A DNA stretch of 64,000 bases from the human T2T-CHM13v2.0 reference genome, Homo sapiens. Shown here piece after piece: positions 31,908-44,560 of the stretch. The notes under the pieces were generated by a model. The model was not told where the DNA came from. It saw only the letters and a list, made by a program, of their open reading frames with translations, and searched no databases. A program made the translations under genes and the position numbers. The first letter of the stretch is position 1, and every line of letters starts with the position of its first letter. The DNA lies in NCBI RefSeq assembly GCF_009914755.1, contig NC_060937.1, one strand, 5' to 3'.

Positions 31908-33883
31908 TGTCTCCCTTTTCGTTTTTGCAAAGCGATAAAGACAAAGGCAGCTTTGTCACGGTGGGCTACTTCTCGCAAGATTTGGGATCTGCATCGGCAG
32001 ACTACACAAAGACAGACAACACAGATTAAAAGCACAATCATCATTGAAATCACAGAGCCTCCAAGTGTCTTGATCCACTTTAATGGGTTAATAGCTGCTA
32101 ATCCATCTGCAGCTCCTTCAAGCACTTCAGTTCCTGGCATTAGCGTCAGATGTGCCTGAGAGGCTTGAAATACTTGTTTCTTCAGTTTTACAATATCTAA
32201 AGATAAATTTCCAGTATGACCCTTTAAATGTCTCCTAACTCTTTCCCACTCGTGCTCTGTTTCATTATACAGATGAGGAGTAATGCAAAAATCAGAAGTA
32301 TTCCAATCACATTGTAACTGCATTCTGTATTTTAGACTAACTACTCAATCTCCTAGCCACATTACAGTTTGTCGGAGATCATTGATTTGATTAGCTAGTT
32401 TCTGGTCTATATTAGTTTGGGAATTCCACAGCAGAGTAGAATTTTTCTGCCAATTATTTACATAGTCTGCTGTTTGTACTGTGGAATGCAAAGCAACTCC
32501 AGCTACCACGGCAGTAGCTGTGACAGCAGTCAATCCCGTAATGATTAAAATTAAAGTGGCAATTAAACGCCGAGAGTGCCTCAAAATCTATCGAAGAATT
32601 TCAGTAATAATATGCGCAGAAGGAGAGGCTTCCCAAGGATGGGAAAGCTTTACAGGTATCCATACGCCTTCTCGGGCTCTTACTACTAAAATAGAATGAT
32701 CAGTATTATACAAGGAAGAATTCACACAAGAAAACAATCTATATTCTTGACAAGTCATACGATGATTAGGGAGATCAAGTTTTAAATCACCCACTACAAA
32801 CAGGAAAGGCGGACAGACACAACTATGTATCCAGACTGAACTGTTGTGAGCCAATTCTAACATGTAATTAGGATTATATTGGGTTGGCTTAGTATATTTT
32901 CCTTCCCAAATCTTTATCTTTTTCAGTGCCATTAATATTTTCCATAACTCCTTATGTTTAGCTCTTACATCAGGTCATATCATTTGGGGTTGAGGTACCA
33001 CTATACCACCATATGCCCAAATAATAGGAACTCTTGCTGTACTTCTTATAGTGTCCACCATCTGATTATTTTGTTTATATGCAGGGTGACCATTAGCTAC
33101 AGATTGAGAGGTGAGCCTCATAAATGCCCCTTTAGGGGACCAATCAATAATGACTCCATATGAATCATTACACAACACCTCTGCCTGCCTTGCGACACAA
33201 TCTTCCCAAGCAAATACCTTCATTTTTGCTGACCATGTCCAATCCAGTTTACAGATAGGTTTTTGAGGGTGGTAAACTTCGGTTACAGGAGCATAATAAT
33301 TGTGATAAATACTAAGACCAGAAAGCATATGTAATTGTGTCATGGAGATGTTACATTCAGGCACTATCGCCAGCCAGGATTGATGACTGGGAGCTAAACA
33401 CCTATTGGCTTTTCCCAAACAAATAGGTAAATCCTCAAATCCCAACAAGATATTCATAATAGTTCCTTCCTCTTAGGGCTTAGACGGGCCTCTATCATCT
33501 ATAGAACTAGGCATCTAAAAACTTTCGTTAGTGTATACCTCCACTGGGGGGTCTAACCATGTTTCTGGCTGTAGAAGTGGTGGAAAAGGAATATATGCCC
33601 AATAAGTATAATTGTCTTTTGTTTCAGCAGTCACTGGGGGAATACTCATGGCGATGGTGAGCACAGCCATCATAGCTACCATTAGATTACTCATTGTAAC
33701 TGGTTGTCCCGCCTTCTTCAGATTTTCTTCCGCCATCTGTGTCAACTTCTTGATCTGGCCCCAGGGGGGTGGCTGTGCCCGACCAGTGTTGCTCGCCAGC
33801 ACTTGTGTCTTCCTTATTGTCAGTCTCAACATGGCTGCAACCGGGGGGTCCTCGGGTTCCTCCCAAAATCTCTTCCTTGGCAT
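31889..33883 (-). pseudogene. env: HERV-K env (signal peptide, SU, TM), broken by stops and frameshifts
   Basis: PPWGQIKKLTQMAEE, NYTYWAYIPFPPLL, furin site [38 protein letters not shown] anchor. Confidence 0.9.
31908..31926 (-). other. Polypurine tract
   Basis: AAAAACGAAAAGGGAGACA immediately 5' of the 3' LTR on the minus strand. Confidence 0.85.
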
Positions 33884-36440
33884 CTGGCTGATGATAAGTT
33901 TTCAGGTATCTTGATGGTATCCAAATCAGCTGCTGGTTTTGGCCTGGAGAAACACAAGCATAACCTCTACCCCATGTTATTATTTTACCTATTTCCCAAC
34001 TCGTTGTTATCGAATCTCTCCACCAAACCAGTTGTTCCGCTTCTATCTTTGCAGCTGGTTTTGGTAGATGCCGTTCAGCTGCTGATAGCATCTGGCCTTT
34101 AGATAGGCTCAAAAAATTTAAAGTCAGTAATGCTAGATTCAGTTGCATGTGTGGAGTCCTATAATCACTGTCCCTGTTTCCCCCTTCTGCTTTTGCAATT
34201 GTCATTTTAGGGAGAGATTCATTCGTTCCACAATGGCTTGTCCTTGTGAATTATATGGGATGCCAGTAATGTGTTTAATATTCCATATAGAGAAAAATGT
34301 AGCTAGAGCTTGGCTAGTATAGCCTGGGACATTGTCCGTTTTAACAGAAGCTGGAATGCACATGACCGTGAAGCGTTGCAGAAGATGCCGTTTAATACAG
34401 GCAGAAGATTCTCCTGTTTGACAGGTAGCCCAAACAAAGTGAGAAAAATGTATCTACACATACATGCACATAAGCTAGTCTCCTAAACGAGGGAACATGG
34501 GTGGCACCCATTTGCCAAAGAGAATTAGGTTCCGATCCTCGAGGATTAACTCCTCCTGTAAAAGATGAGGAATGCACCATTTGACAAGTTGGGCATCGCT
34601 GGATAATAGCTTTAGCTTCTTTCCAGGTAATGCTGTATCTGCGTTTGAGACCAGAGGCATTAACATGGGTTAAATTGTGAAAGTGTCTAGCGTTAGATAT
34701 TTCAGTAGCAGCTAGGCAATCAGCCATTTGATTCCTTGGAGTCAAAAGTCCTGGAAGAGTTGTATGAGCTCCAATATGAGTAATGTAAAAAGAGTGCATT
34801 CTGTTCCTAACTGTGGTTTGTAATTGGGTAAATAAAGTCATCAGTTGTTCATCTGTGTGGAATTGTAGCTGAGCATTTTCAACTAACTGTGTGGAATGAA
34901 CCACATATGAAGAATCAGAAATTACATTGGCAGGCATCTCAAAAGCAGTCAGCACCTCAATTACAGCTACAAGCTCCGCTTTTTGAGCTGAAGTATAGGG
35001 CGTCTGGAAAACTTTACGTTTTGAATAAGAAGCTTTACCATTACTAGACCCATCTGTAAAAACATTTTCAGCACCTACAGCTGGTTTAGATTTAGTTATT
35101 CCAGGGAGAATCCAATTAGTTAATTTTAAAAGTTGAAATAATTTTGTTTTCGGAAAGTGATTATCAAGAACACCTACGAAATCAGCTAAATGGGTTTGCC
35201 AAGACTATTTATAAAGTCCTGTTGTGTTAGTGTTTTTGTAAGAGGGACAATAATTTTTCCAGGGTCATATGCATGCAATTTAACAGTTTGGGTTCTCCCA
35301 TTTCCTACCAGAGTAGCAATTTGATCCAAATAAGGAATTAGAGTCTGTGAATTAGCATGTGGAAGAAAAAGCCATTCTACCAAGTCCTGCTCTTGGACAA
35401 TAACACCAGTAGGTGAATGCTGTGTCGGAAAAATCAGCAAGTCTAAAGTCTTTGTTGGATCTATTCTATTTATTTGAGTTGTATGCACTTGCTTCTCAAT
35501 CAGCTGTAAGTCTGCCTCAGCTTCCTTTGTTAATTGACAAGGGCTAGTGAGACTAGGATCTCCTCTAAGGATAGAAAATAGATTACTCATGGCATAGGTA
35601 GGAATGCCTAGAGCAGGTAGTATCCAATTAATGTCCCCTGGTAATTTTTGAAAGTCATTCAGTGTTTTCAATTGATCCCTACTTATGGTTACTTTCTGTG
35701 GCACTACTGTAGTGACATTTACTAAGGTCCCCAAGTAGGAGTGAGGAGGAGCAGTCTGAATTTTGTCAGGACCTATAATTAAACCGGCTCGAGAAATCGA
35801 GTTTTGTAAGTGATCATAACATTGGAGTAATATTTCCCAAGTCGGGGCAGCACAAAGAATATCATCTATATAATGAATAATGTAACACTGTGAAAATTTT
35901 TTACAAGTAGGTTCAATTGCTTGTCCTATATAAGTGACAAATTGTTGGACTGCTTAACATGCCTTGTGGGAGCACTTCCCAGTGAAAACGCTTAGCAGGC
36001 TGCAGGTTGTTTACCACAGGAATTGTAAATGCAAACCGTTCACAGTCTTGCTCAGCTAAGGGGATAGTAAAGAAACAGTTTTTTAAATCTATGACTATTA
36101 AAGGCCAATTTTTAGGAATCATAGTAGGAGAAGGCAATCCTGGCTGCAGTGCCCTCATAAGTTGTATAACTGAATTAATGGCTCTAAGATCTGTCAACAT
36201 TCTCCATTTACCTGATTTTTTCTTAATAACAAAGACTGGAGAATTCCAGGGAGAAAATGTTGGAGCTATGTGTCCTTTTTCTAATTGTTCAGTAACTAAG
36301 TCCTCTAAAGCCTCCAGTTTCTCTTTACTCAGCGGCCACTGCTCTATCCAAATTGGCTTACCTGTTAACCATTTTAAAGGTATAGGTTCTGGAGGCTTAA
36401 CAATGACCGCCATCAAAAATGATCTAAACCCTGATGAGAA
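33687..36440 (-). pseudogene. pol: HERV-K pol (RT-RNaseH-IN), disrupted
   Basis: [34 protein letters not shown] at 35861-35872, VFTDGS, HHCC zinc finger, WGRGYACV. Confidence 0.93.
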
Positions 36441-37143
36441 TTCTGTCCTTCCGCTTGAAGCAGTTTCTTTAACCCTTGTAAATTTTTTCCTAATCCCATG
36501 CCAGGCACGTACCCCATCTCTTGTATCATATGCTGACTTTGAGGGCTATATAGTTGCTCAGGAATTAGAACTTGTGCTCCCCATTGCTGTAATAAATCTC
36601 TCCCCTATAAATTTATAGGTACAGAAGTTATAATTGACTGGATAGTCCCAGGTTGTCCATCGAGTCCTTCACAATGCAAAATATAACTGCTTTGATATAC
36701 TTCAGGGGTTTTACCAACTCCAACTCTGTTAAATTGAGTGGGTTGAATTGGCCATGCGGATGGCCAGTGCTGTAGAGAAATGATGGAAATGTCCGCTCCT
36801 GTATCTACCAATCCTTTCATTCATTTTTTTCCTTGAATGGTTATTTCACAGGTAGGACATTTATCAGTAATTTGATTCACCCAGTAAGCTGCTTTGCCTT
36901 GTTTATTTGTGCTTCCAAATCCTCCTGTTTGTTTAATTTCACTTTTTCCCATTCCCACATACAGCACAGTCAGGAGCTGTGCTATACGCTCTCCTGGCTC
37001 TGCTTTCCAGGGAACAGAAGTAGATATAACAATTTGAATTTCCCCATTGTAATCTGAATCAGTGACTCCTGTATGTACTTGCACTCCTTTTAAATTTAAA
37101 CTAGACCTACCTAGAAGTAATCCTACCGTCCCCACTGGCATCA
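36415..37143 (-). pseudogene. pro: HERV-K pro: 5'-truncated dUTPase, aspartic protease, G-patch
   Basis: [46 protein letters not shown]; in-frame stops at 36821-36823 and 36605-36607. Confidence 0.9.
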
Positions 37144-37897
37144 TCTGACTGGAGACAGCAACATTCTTTAACAGTCTCATTACAAAAGGAGAACCTGGTC
37201 CATATTGATTAATAGCTGGTTTAAATTCTTTGAGGAATTTAAAAGGAAAAGGCTCAAATGTAGCCATAATATTCCCCTGTTGATCAGGTGAGTATATTCT
37301 AACAGAGAACTGCCAAGCATCCATATCACCCTCTCATCTAGCTTGCTGGATTCCTGCCTAAATGGAACTGAGAGCGGTCGCTCGAGGCACTGCTGGAACA
37401 GTCACTGGGGCAGCTACTTTTTGCCCAGTGTCCTCTGGAAAAGAGAGATTTGGAGAGTCAGGCCACTCTTTTTCTTCAAAATAATGAGGGGGTATAGAGG
37501 GGTAGGGACAAACCTCTCCCTCCTTTGTCTCTTTAGCTGGCAAGCAAACCTGCTCTGTCACCTCTTCTGTTAGTTACTTCGTTACACTCTCCTTCTTCCT
37601 CTGATTCCTCCTCCTTGTCATCTATATAGAAAGGCTCCAAGGTGGAACAAACCACAATCCACACTGACCAGAGAGTTACAGGAATATCCTCAGCACCATC
37701 CTTGTATGCCTTTTTCAGTGTGCTGCCTACCTTTTCCCAGACCTCTACATTCATAGTTACTCAGTCCTGAAACCAGGGGCAGTATTTCTCTACCACACTA
37801 AAAAGTTGCATAAGTCAGCTGGTGCTAACCTTCACTCCTTTTCTGAGGAGATGCCGAAGCAGACTCAAGCCTCGTGCCTGCTCGACCCTTGTCCCAT
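37144..37897 (-). pseudogene. gag: HERV-K gag 5' half (MA to start of CA), disrupted; remainder deleted
   Basis: ATG GGA CAA (MGQ) at 37897; VWEKVG, acidic stretch, QYGPGSPF. Confidence 0.88.
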
Positions 37898-38029
37898 TGT
37901 TACCCTGATGCTTCCGAGCTCCCCTTCTTACTCACCACAGGGATTGCTTAAGAGTACTCGGGTGTTCCCCAGCGTAGTTCCACGTTCTCCAACTGTCGCT
38001 TCGGGGCGACCCTTCGACCCGGGTTCAAG

Positions 38030-38047
38030 CCCCCATGTTGGGCACCG
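38030..38047 (-). other. Primer-binding site, tRNA-Lys
   Basis: CGGTGCCCAACATGGGGG versus tRNA-Lys(CUU) PBS TGGCGCCCAACGTGGGGC, 2 nt from the 5' LTR. Confidence 0.85.
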
Positions 38048-38049
38048 CT

Positions 38050-38553
38050 TGCCGAGACCAGCTCGGTCGTGGAGACCCTAACCCAGCAGCACTAGAGGAA
38101 TTAAAGACACAGACACAGAAATAGAGTGCAGAGTGGGATCAGGGGGCTGACAGCCGTCAGAGCTGAGAGCCACAAACGGAATCTGACCCACATATTATTG
38201 ACAGTAAGCCAGTGCTAAGCATTGCTTCTATAGATTATAGATTAGCTAGAAGCATTCCTTATGGGAAACAAAGCAATTTTAGCGAGGAGCAGAGAAACAG
38301 GCCCTGGCTGATTATCTGCAGCAAAAACACGTTGTTAAGACACAGGCTGCTCCTGCTATTGTTTATGGCTAGAGCAGTTTTCCGCTCCCGGGGGTGGGGG
38401 GGCCAGGTTTTCCTTGCCCTGCTCCAGTAAACCAACGACTTCTAGCAGTGTGTGTGATAGCCATCACGAGCATGCCACATTGCTGCAGAAATCCTTTTTA
38501 TGGCCAGTTTCTTTAAGGCCTGTTTATGACAGGCTTAGGGCTTGCTACCAGCA
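38050..38553 (-). repeat. 5' LTR (MER9-type), 504 bp; potential antisense promoter
   Basis: Direct repeat of 31388-31907, adjacent to the PBS. Confidence 0.93.
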
Positions 38554-38731
38554 CAAACTAACCTATAAAATTAGCAATGAATTTTTTAAAAGGTAATTCC
38601 CAAGGGTAGCAAGGATGAGATGAGATGAGCACTGTTTATTAACTAAATTCTGCTGGGGGGAGTTCTAAGTGGCACACCCTGCTGGGAATGTTTGGAAATA
38701 TTCATCAAGCCCTTTAAAATGCCCGTACCCA

Positions 38732-39035
<304 letters not shown>

Positions 39036-40055
39036 TTAATTAAAATGCCCATAACCTTTGATAGGAACTTACTTTAAAGAAATAATTTTGTACACACATA
39101 TTGATCACATTATTTATGGTAGAAACATTGGGAATAAACCAAATGTTCAACTGGAAATAATTCCAAGTTGAATTATGTTCTTCACAGTTGTGTCACCCTG
39201 GAGCAGTTATTACAGGCCCCTTCTTCCCCACTGTGGTGAGATCCCACATCGAGCTTCCTTGGCTGATCTTTAAGGGGGATGCTGTTGCCATTGGGAGCTC
39301 CATAGACTTGGATCACTTAACAGCTTTGAGAGATGATATAACTTCTAGAGACAATCTTATTTGCAGCTGGAGTGCAGTGAATAATAATCATCACACAATG
39401 TAGTTTCCTTTTTACTTTTCTCTAAGCAAAATAATGTTCATACAGAAATCAGTAAAATAAAAATGCAGGAAAGGCAAGTACTTTTATTGGATCTTTAAAA
39501 TGTGTTATAGGTATGACATCATGGAAATTATTTATAGTGAATGCTTAAGGTAAAAGTCACCCACAGATTGTAAAGTTCCTGAAGGCAGTGGCTGCATCTC
39601 CTTTTGCCTCTGCTGGGTGTGAACAGCATAAGGTACTGAGCAGGAGCACAGTTAACACTCATCAGAATTTAAAATAGCATCGGTGGTGTTAAAGAAATTG
39701 ATACATTTTTCTTATTTTCATTACTTATATAAATGTATTATGTACTCAGTTTCACAAAATCATTGTATTTAAATATGATAAAAATCTCTGCCGCAACCTG
39801 TTTAGAAAATTAGCAAAAATGAAGGACATTGCTTTTCATCTTCCCTGTACAGTTATTTTTTCTATCTTAAGTTTATTACTGCTATAAATTATTTTTATGC
39901 TCATAACCATATTCTTTCTAAATTAGTAAAGACTGTCTTTCCTTGGAAACAATTCATTTTTATTTGGAGAGAAATTTTCACCAAAGTTTATGTAGTTAGC
40001 CCCTTAACCTTACTTAATTTATTCTGTGAATAGAGCCTTTTATAAGACTCACTTT

Positions 40056-40137
40056 CTTGAACTCCTGGCCTCAAATTCTCCTCCTGCCTCAGCTTCCTGA
40101 GTAGCTGAGATTACAGGCTCAGGCCACCACACCCAGC
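40056..40137 (-). mobile_element. Alu monomer fragment
   Basis: GAACTCCTGGCCTC...CCTGCCTCAGC...GATTACAGG. Confidence 0.7.
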
Positions 40138-41188
40138 TTAAAAGTCACTTTCTTACCAAAAAAAAAAAAAAAAAAAAAAAAAACACCTCATATTTAAAAA
40201 CTACGTCACTCTAAAATGTTACAAATAGGTCATCTTCTTAGTATGCATTGCCTTGTAAAAACATTGGTCAAGTCGGGATGTAGTCGGCCACCAACTAGAA
40301 ATGTGTTAAGATTTTTTTTGCAGACTTGCTTAATAAGGCAAGGAGGGGGTCAGGTTGTTCTGGGGCCAGCAGAAGGGTCTAAAATACAGGGTAGTGAAAA
40401 GAGATTAGAGATTGTGAGTTTCCTTTAAATGCTTAACTGTCATTATTAAGACAGCCACATTTTGTGGGGCGAGCCAAACTGCTGAGCTTGGAATAGCATA
40501 TGCTTGGAATCTGAATATGAATAAGGCCCAGGTGCCACACTTTACACACAGATCCTTTGCTAAAGAGGCACTATTTGTCTAACAGGCAAGGACCAGGCTG
40601 GCAGTCAGGAAGGCTGGGTTTTGGTGCTGATCTTGTCACCAACTATGCACTCTTGAACAAGTCACTTCACTTCACTATCCTAAGCCTGTTTTCTCATCTG
40701 AAAAATAAAGGGGTTAGACTTAGCCTTTTAAATGACATTTTTGTATATTTCTACTGGCTATAAAATTATTACAAATATCTATGTCTGACGGTAAGATAGT
40801 CTAAATATTCAGGAAAACTCCAAGTATAGCTCTCCTAAAAATGATATGTTGCGTGTTAAAAAAAGAAAAAAAAGAAAAGAAGAAGGGGGAGGAAAAAATA
40901 AAATGAAAAAAACTTCAAAAATGCACGGCTGAGTTGGTAGCAAAGAAGGAAATTCTTTGGAGGCCAAAAAGATCTAGAAAGTTTAAATCCAATGTGCAGG
41001 AGCTGGCATTGCCTAGCTAATCCCTCATGATTGAGAACCTCAGATTATAGACACTCATGGGGACCAAGAGATAAGGCCTGGGGCCTCAAAAAGGCCAGAG
41101 CAGAGGTCGGATCAAAGAATCCCTGTCACAAAGCTAGGACTTCTCACTGGCAATACTCTGAGTAGGCCAAGTCGGAAAGAGGCCACTC

Positions 41189-41493
<305 letters not shown>

Positions 41494-41868
41494 AGGCCAC
41501 CCTACAGATGATGGATTTTCACCTTGGTTCTAATGTAGAAAACAAGAAGAGCTCTTTTGATAATTCCTAACCATAAGTAAGCCTTCACTCACATAGTTTT
41601 GGAGCTAGAATACATATTATATCTGTGTGTTCTGAAGAACACCAAGCTGAAAATTTGATTTAAAGTGGACTTCAGTTGGTGAGGCTACAAGGTGCCTACA
41701 AGAAATAAACTTAAATCCTCCTTGGAGGAATGCACTTTTAAGTTCCAAAGAATAAGAACCTACAGTTAAGAAAAAGTATGCATGCATGAGGAAATAAGTC
41801 ACTAAGAGTAAGCAACAACAGAAACTATAGAGTCCAATCTTCAAAGACTACAAATATTGTAATTATTA

Positions 41869-42368
41869 TTTATTTATATTAGAGATGGGGTCTTGCTGTA
41901 TCACCCAGGCTGAGTGCAGTGGTGCTGTCATAGCTCATTGCAGCATTGGACTTCAGGGCTCAAGTGATCCTCCCATCTCATCCCCACAAGCAGCTGGGAT
42001 AATAGGTGCATGCCACTCTGCCCAGCCAAGTTTTATTTTTTATATAAGCACTTTATTTTTATTTAATTAATTAATTTATTTATTTATTGAGACAGAATCT
42101 CACCCTGTAGCCCAGGCTGGAATGCAGTGGCACGATCTGGCTCACTGTAGCCTCTGCCTCCCAGGCTCAAGCAATTCTTCTGCCTCAGCCTCCTGAGTAG
42201 CTGGGATTACAGGTGTGCACCACCACGCCCGGCTAATTTTTGTATTTTTAGTAGAGACGGGGTTTCACCATGTTGCTCAGTCTGGCCCCGAGCTCCTGAC
42301 CTCGTGATCTGCCTGCCTTGGCCTCCCAAAGTGCTGGGATTACAGGCGTGAGTCACCGTGCCCGGCCC
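41869..42368 (-). mobile_element. Alu monomer (41869-42027) followed by AluS (42052-42368)
   Basis: Two reverse Alu-derived elements. Confidence 0.9.
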
Positions 42369-43840
42369 CAGGTTTTATTTTTTAAAGGTTTGCTTTTTCC
42401 ACAAAATTTGAATCTTTCAGGCTAGGAATTTGGATTTGGATTTCAGAAGGGTTTTGGGTGCCTGAGGGAGCTATCAGGGTTTTGTTGGTAATTTACATCT
42501 GTGTAAAAAGTGAAATAACGTTGTCGTATTTACTAATGAGGATGTGTTTCTGACATTCCACAGTATTCCTCAGTGAGCAGTTCTGTGAGGCATTTCCATC
42601 TTATCTCTGTAATGAGAACACCTACATTTTTGTGGAGACATTGGTTGTCATATCTTATGTACCCATGAGTCAAAGAACTGTGTATGCCCTTGCCCTTCGT
42701 TGACTGCAAACCCTAAGGCAAGAAGGCCTGTTTGGACCACTCCCTGCCAACTTTGTTTTATGTTTCTCACCCAAACTTTTCTTCTCACATACTCATTCAT
42801 CTTTTAAAAGATTGCTATATAGTTATTGTGTATATATTTGGTGGCTTATCTTAAACCTTTTTGGAGACAGGTAGGATATACATTATTCAGAAAAAAAAAA
42901 GTAAAAGAAATATCCCTAGAGCAATGTTTTTCAAACTTTATTGACTTGAGCTCACTCAGGCAGTTTAAAAGACACCCGTATACATTTCTGCATGGAAAAA
43001 ATTAACTTTTGTTTTAACAAAAAGAGAGGGACAAAATAATGTAAAATATACTAAAGTGTGTAGACATATTCAGTACACTAAAGAGCTTTATTTTCCCGTA
43101 ACATCAGTGGTAGGGGAAATGGTAAGGTTTTGGATAAGAACCTTAGAGAAGACTTACTATTTTGGGTCAGTTGGCCAATCTTAAAATGTGGGGATTTTAA
43201 AGACCATCTTGTTCTGATTTATTCCCAGAGACATTATCAGTAAACTAAAAGACAAACTATATTCAAAAACGAAATGGTCAGTGTGTTTATCAGTGGACTA
43301 CTCTCATTAAAAGTGAGGCTTACATAATAGAAAAAATATCACTCTAGGAATTCTAAGGGGAAGAAAGGAAAACTGTGGGGCTAGAGGAGTACTTTTAGAA
43401 AATATCACAGAAATTTCTGGTTAAAAAGTACTACTAACATTTCCTACTAATGTTAGTGTTCAGTTTTATCTGAAAATCCTCAGTGATACATATTACATTT
43501 TTTCCTAAGGCAGCCATTGCCTATTTGGGCAATTATAAGAGTCAGGGTGATCTCTTACTTTCTCTTAAGTTCTTCCATAAAATTGAAACCTATAAGTAAG
43601 CACACATTTGAAAGAATACATATACAGACTACTCTTAAGTGATGTTTTATCTATATTATAGATTCCCACAAGATATTTCTTTTAAATTTCAGAAAACAAG
43701 AATTATATCCCTAAGAAGCTGGCTTCCAAATTAAACAACCTGCTTGTTTCTTGGCAAATAAGTATGCTTTAAGATGCATAATGTAGTTTTATGTTTTCTC
43801 AACATATTAAACAAATGCATTTTTATTTTCGTGTTTTCAG

Positions 43841-43951
43841 ATAGTGGCCAGAACTATAGTGCCAGTAGTAAAGGTGAACGACTAAGTGCCAGACTCAGAG
43901 CTTTACCTGGGACAAATGAACCTTATGAAAGTAGCAGTAACAAAGAAATAG
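43841..43951 (+). CDS. IFT88: IFT88 penultimate exon (DSGQNYSASSKGERLSARLRALPGTNEPYESSSNKEI)
   Basis: gtgttttcag acceptor; non-canonical donor AG|GCAAGT; 111 nt. Confidence 0.93.
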
Positions 43952-44189
43952 GCAAGTACTCTCCACCCAGTTCCTCCAGGCATAGCAGGTCTGAAGAAGA
44001 ATGGTGAGATGGCCAAAAGGTGTTGCTGGGAATTCTTAAGAATTTGATATTTACAGATAAAATTTAAAATGACTTGGGAGACCATTTCTGTTCACTCTGA
44101 GTTATTCATTTTGACTATGAGCCTGATTGGTTTCACATTTGTTTTGTTTGTTTACATAACTCTAACGTGACAATCTCTTCGAAACCTAG

Positions 44190-44311
44190 ATGCCTCCTAT
44201 GTGGACCCACTTGGCCCTCAAATAGAACGACCAAAAACTGCAGCCAAGAAAAGGATCGATGAGGATGATTTTGCTGATGAAGAATTAGGAGATGATTTGC
44301 TTCCAGAATAA
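44190..44311 (+). CDS. IFT88: IFT88 last coding exon (DASYVDPLGPQIERPKTAAKKRIDEDDFADEELGDDLLPE*)
   Basis: cctag acceptor, CTAAC branch point at 44162-44166, TAA at 44309-44311; characteristic acidic IFT88 C-terminus. Confidence 0.96.
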
Positions 44312-44479
44312 TATTCACTTTAATATTTATTAAAGGAAAGAAATTGCCTTATGAGATCATCCTCATGTTAAACCTTGGATTAAATATCTAACCTGTAATT
44401 ATTTTTTTTCACTGTCAAAACTTAAGTAAGTGTATTCTATTCTGTATGTATGCATTTAAGTTGTTTTTTTCTTTTAAGG

Positions 44480-44560
44480 AATAAAAACAGGTAAAACTAA
44501 TACTTTAGGCCAGTGACTTCCTTAGCTTTTTGAAAACATTGACACACAGGAAGAAATAAA
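44480..44560 (+). terminator. IFT88: Two AATAAA polyadenylation signals of IFT88 (44480-44485, 44555-44560)
   Basis: AATAAA hexamers about 170 and 245 nt after the stop; upstream TGTA motifs. Confidence 0.75.

Larger units (their letters stand above)
31388..38553 (-). mobile_element. HERV-K(HML-3/HERVK9-like) provirus, antisense in an IFT88 intron
   Basis: Two ~0.5-kb LTRs (TG...CA), 6-bp TSD CAAACT (31382-31387 and 38554-38559), PBS, PPT, betaretroviral gag/dUTPase-pro/pol/env remnants. Confidence 0.95.

Noticed and set aside
31889-33883. Domesticated (syncytin-like) env
   Set aside because: env is split into five pieces by stops and frameshifts
36007-36618. 203-aa + strand ORF
   Set aside because: Antisense shadow of HERV pro/pol, non-ATG start, no recognisable domain
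40180-41180. Unique-looking sequence after a long A-run, possible processed pseudogene
   Set aside because: No recognisable ORF or TSD, and the A-run is on the wrong side for a + strand retrocopy; BLAT would be needed
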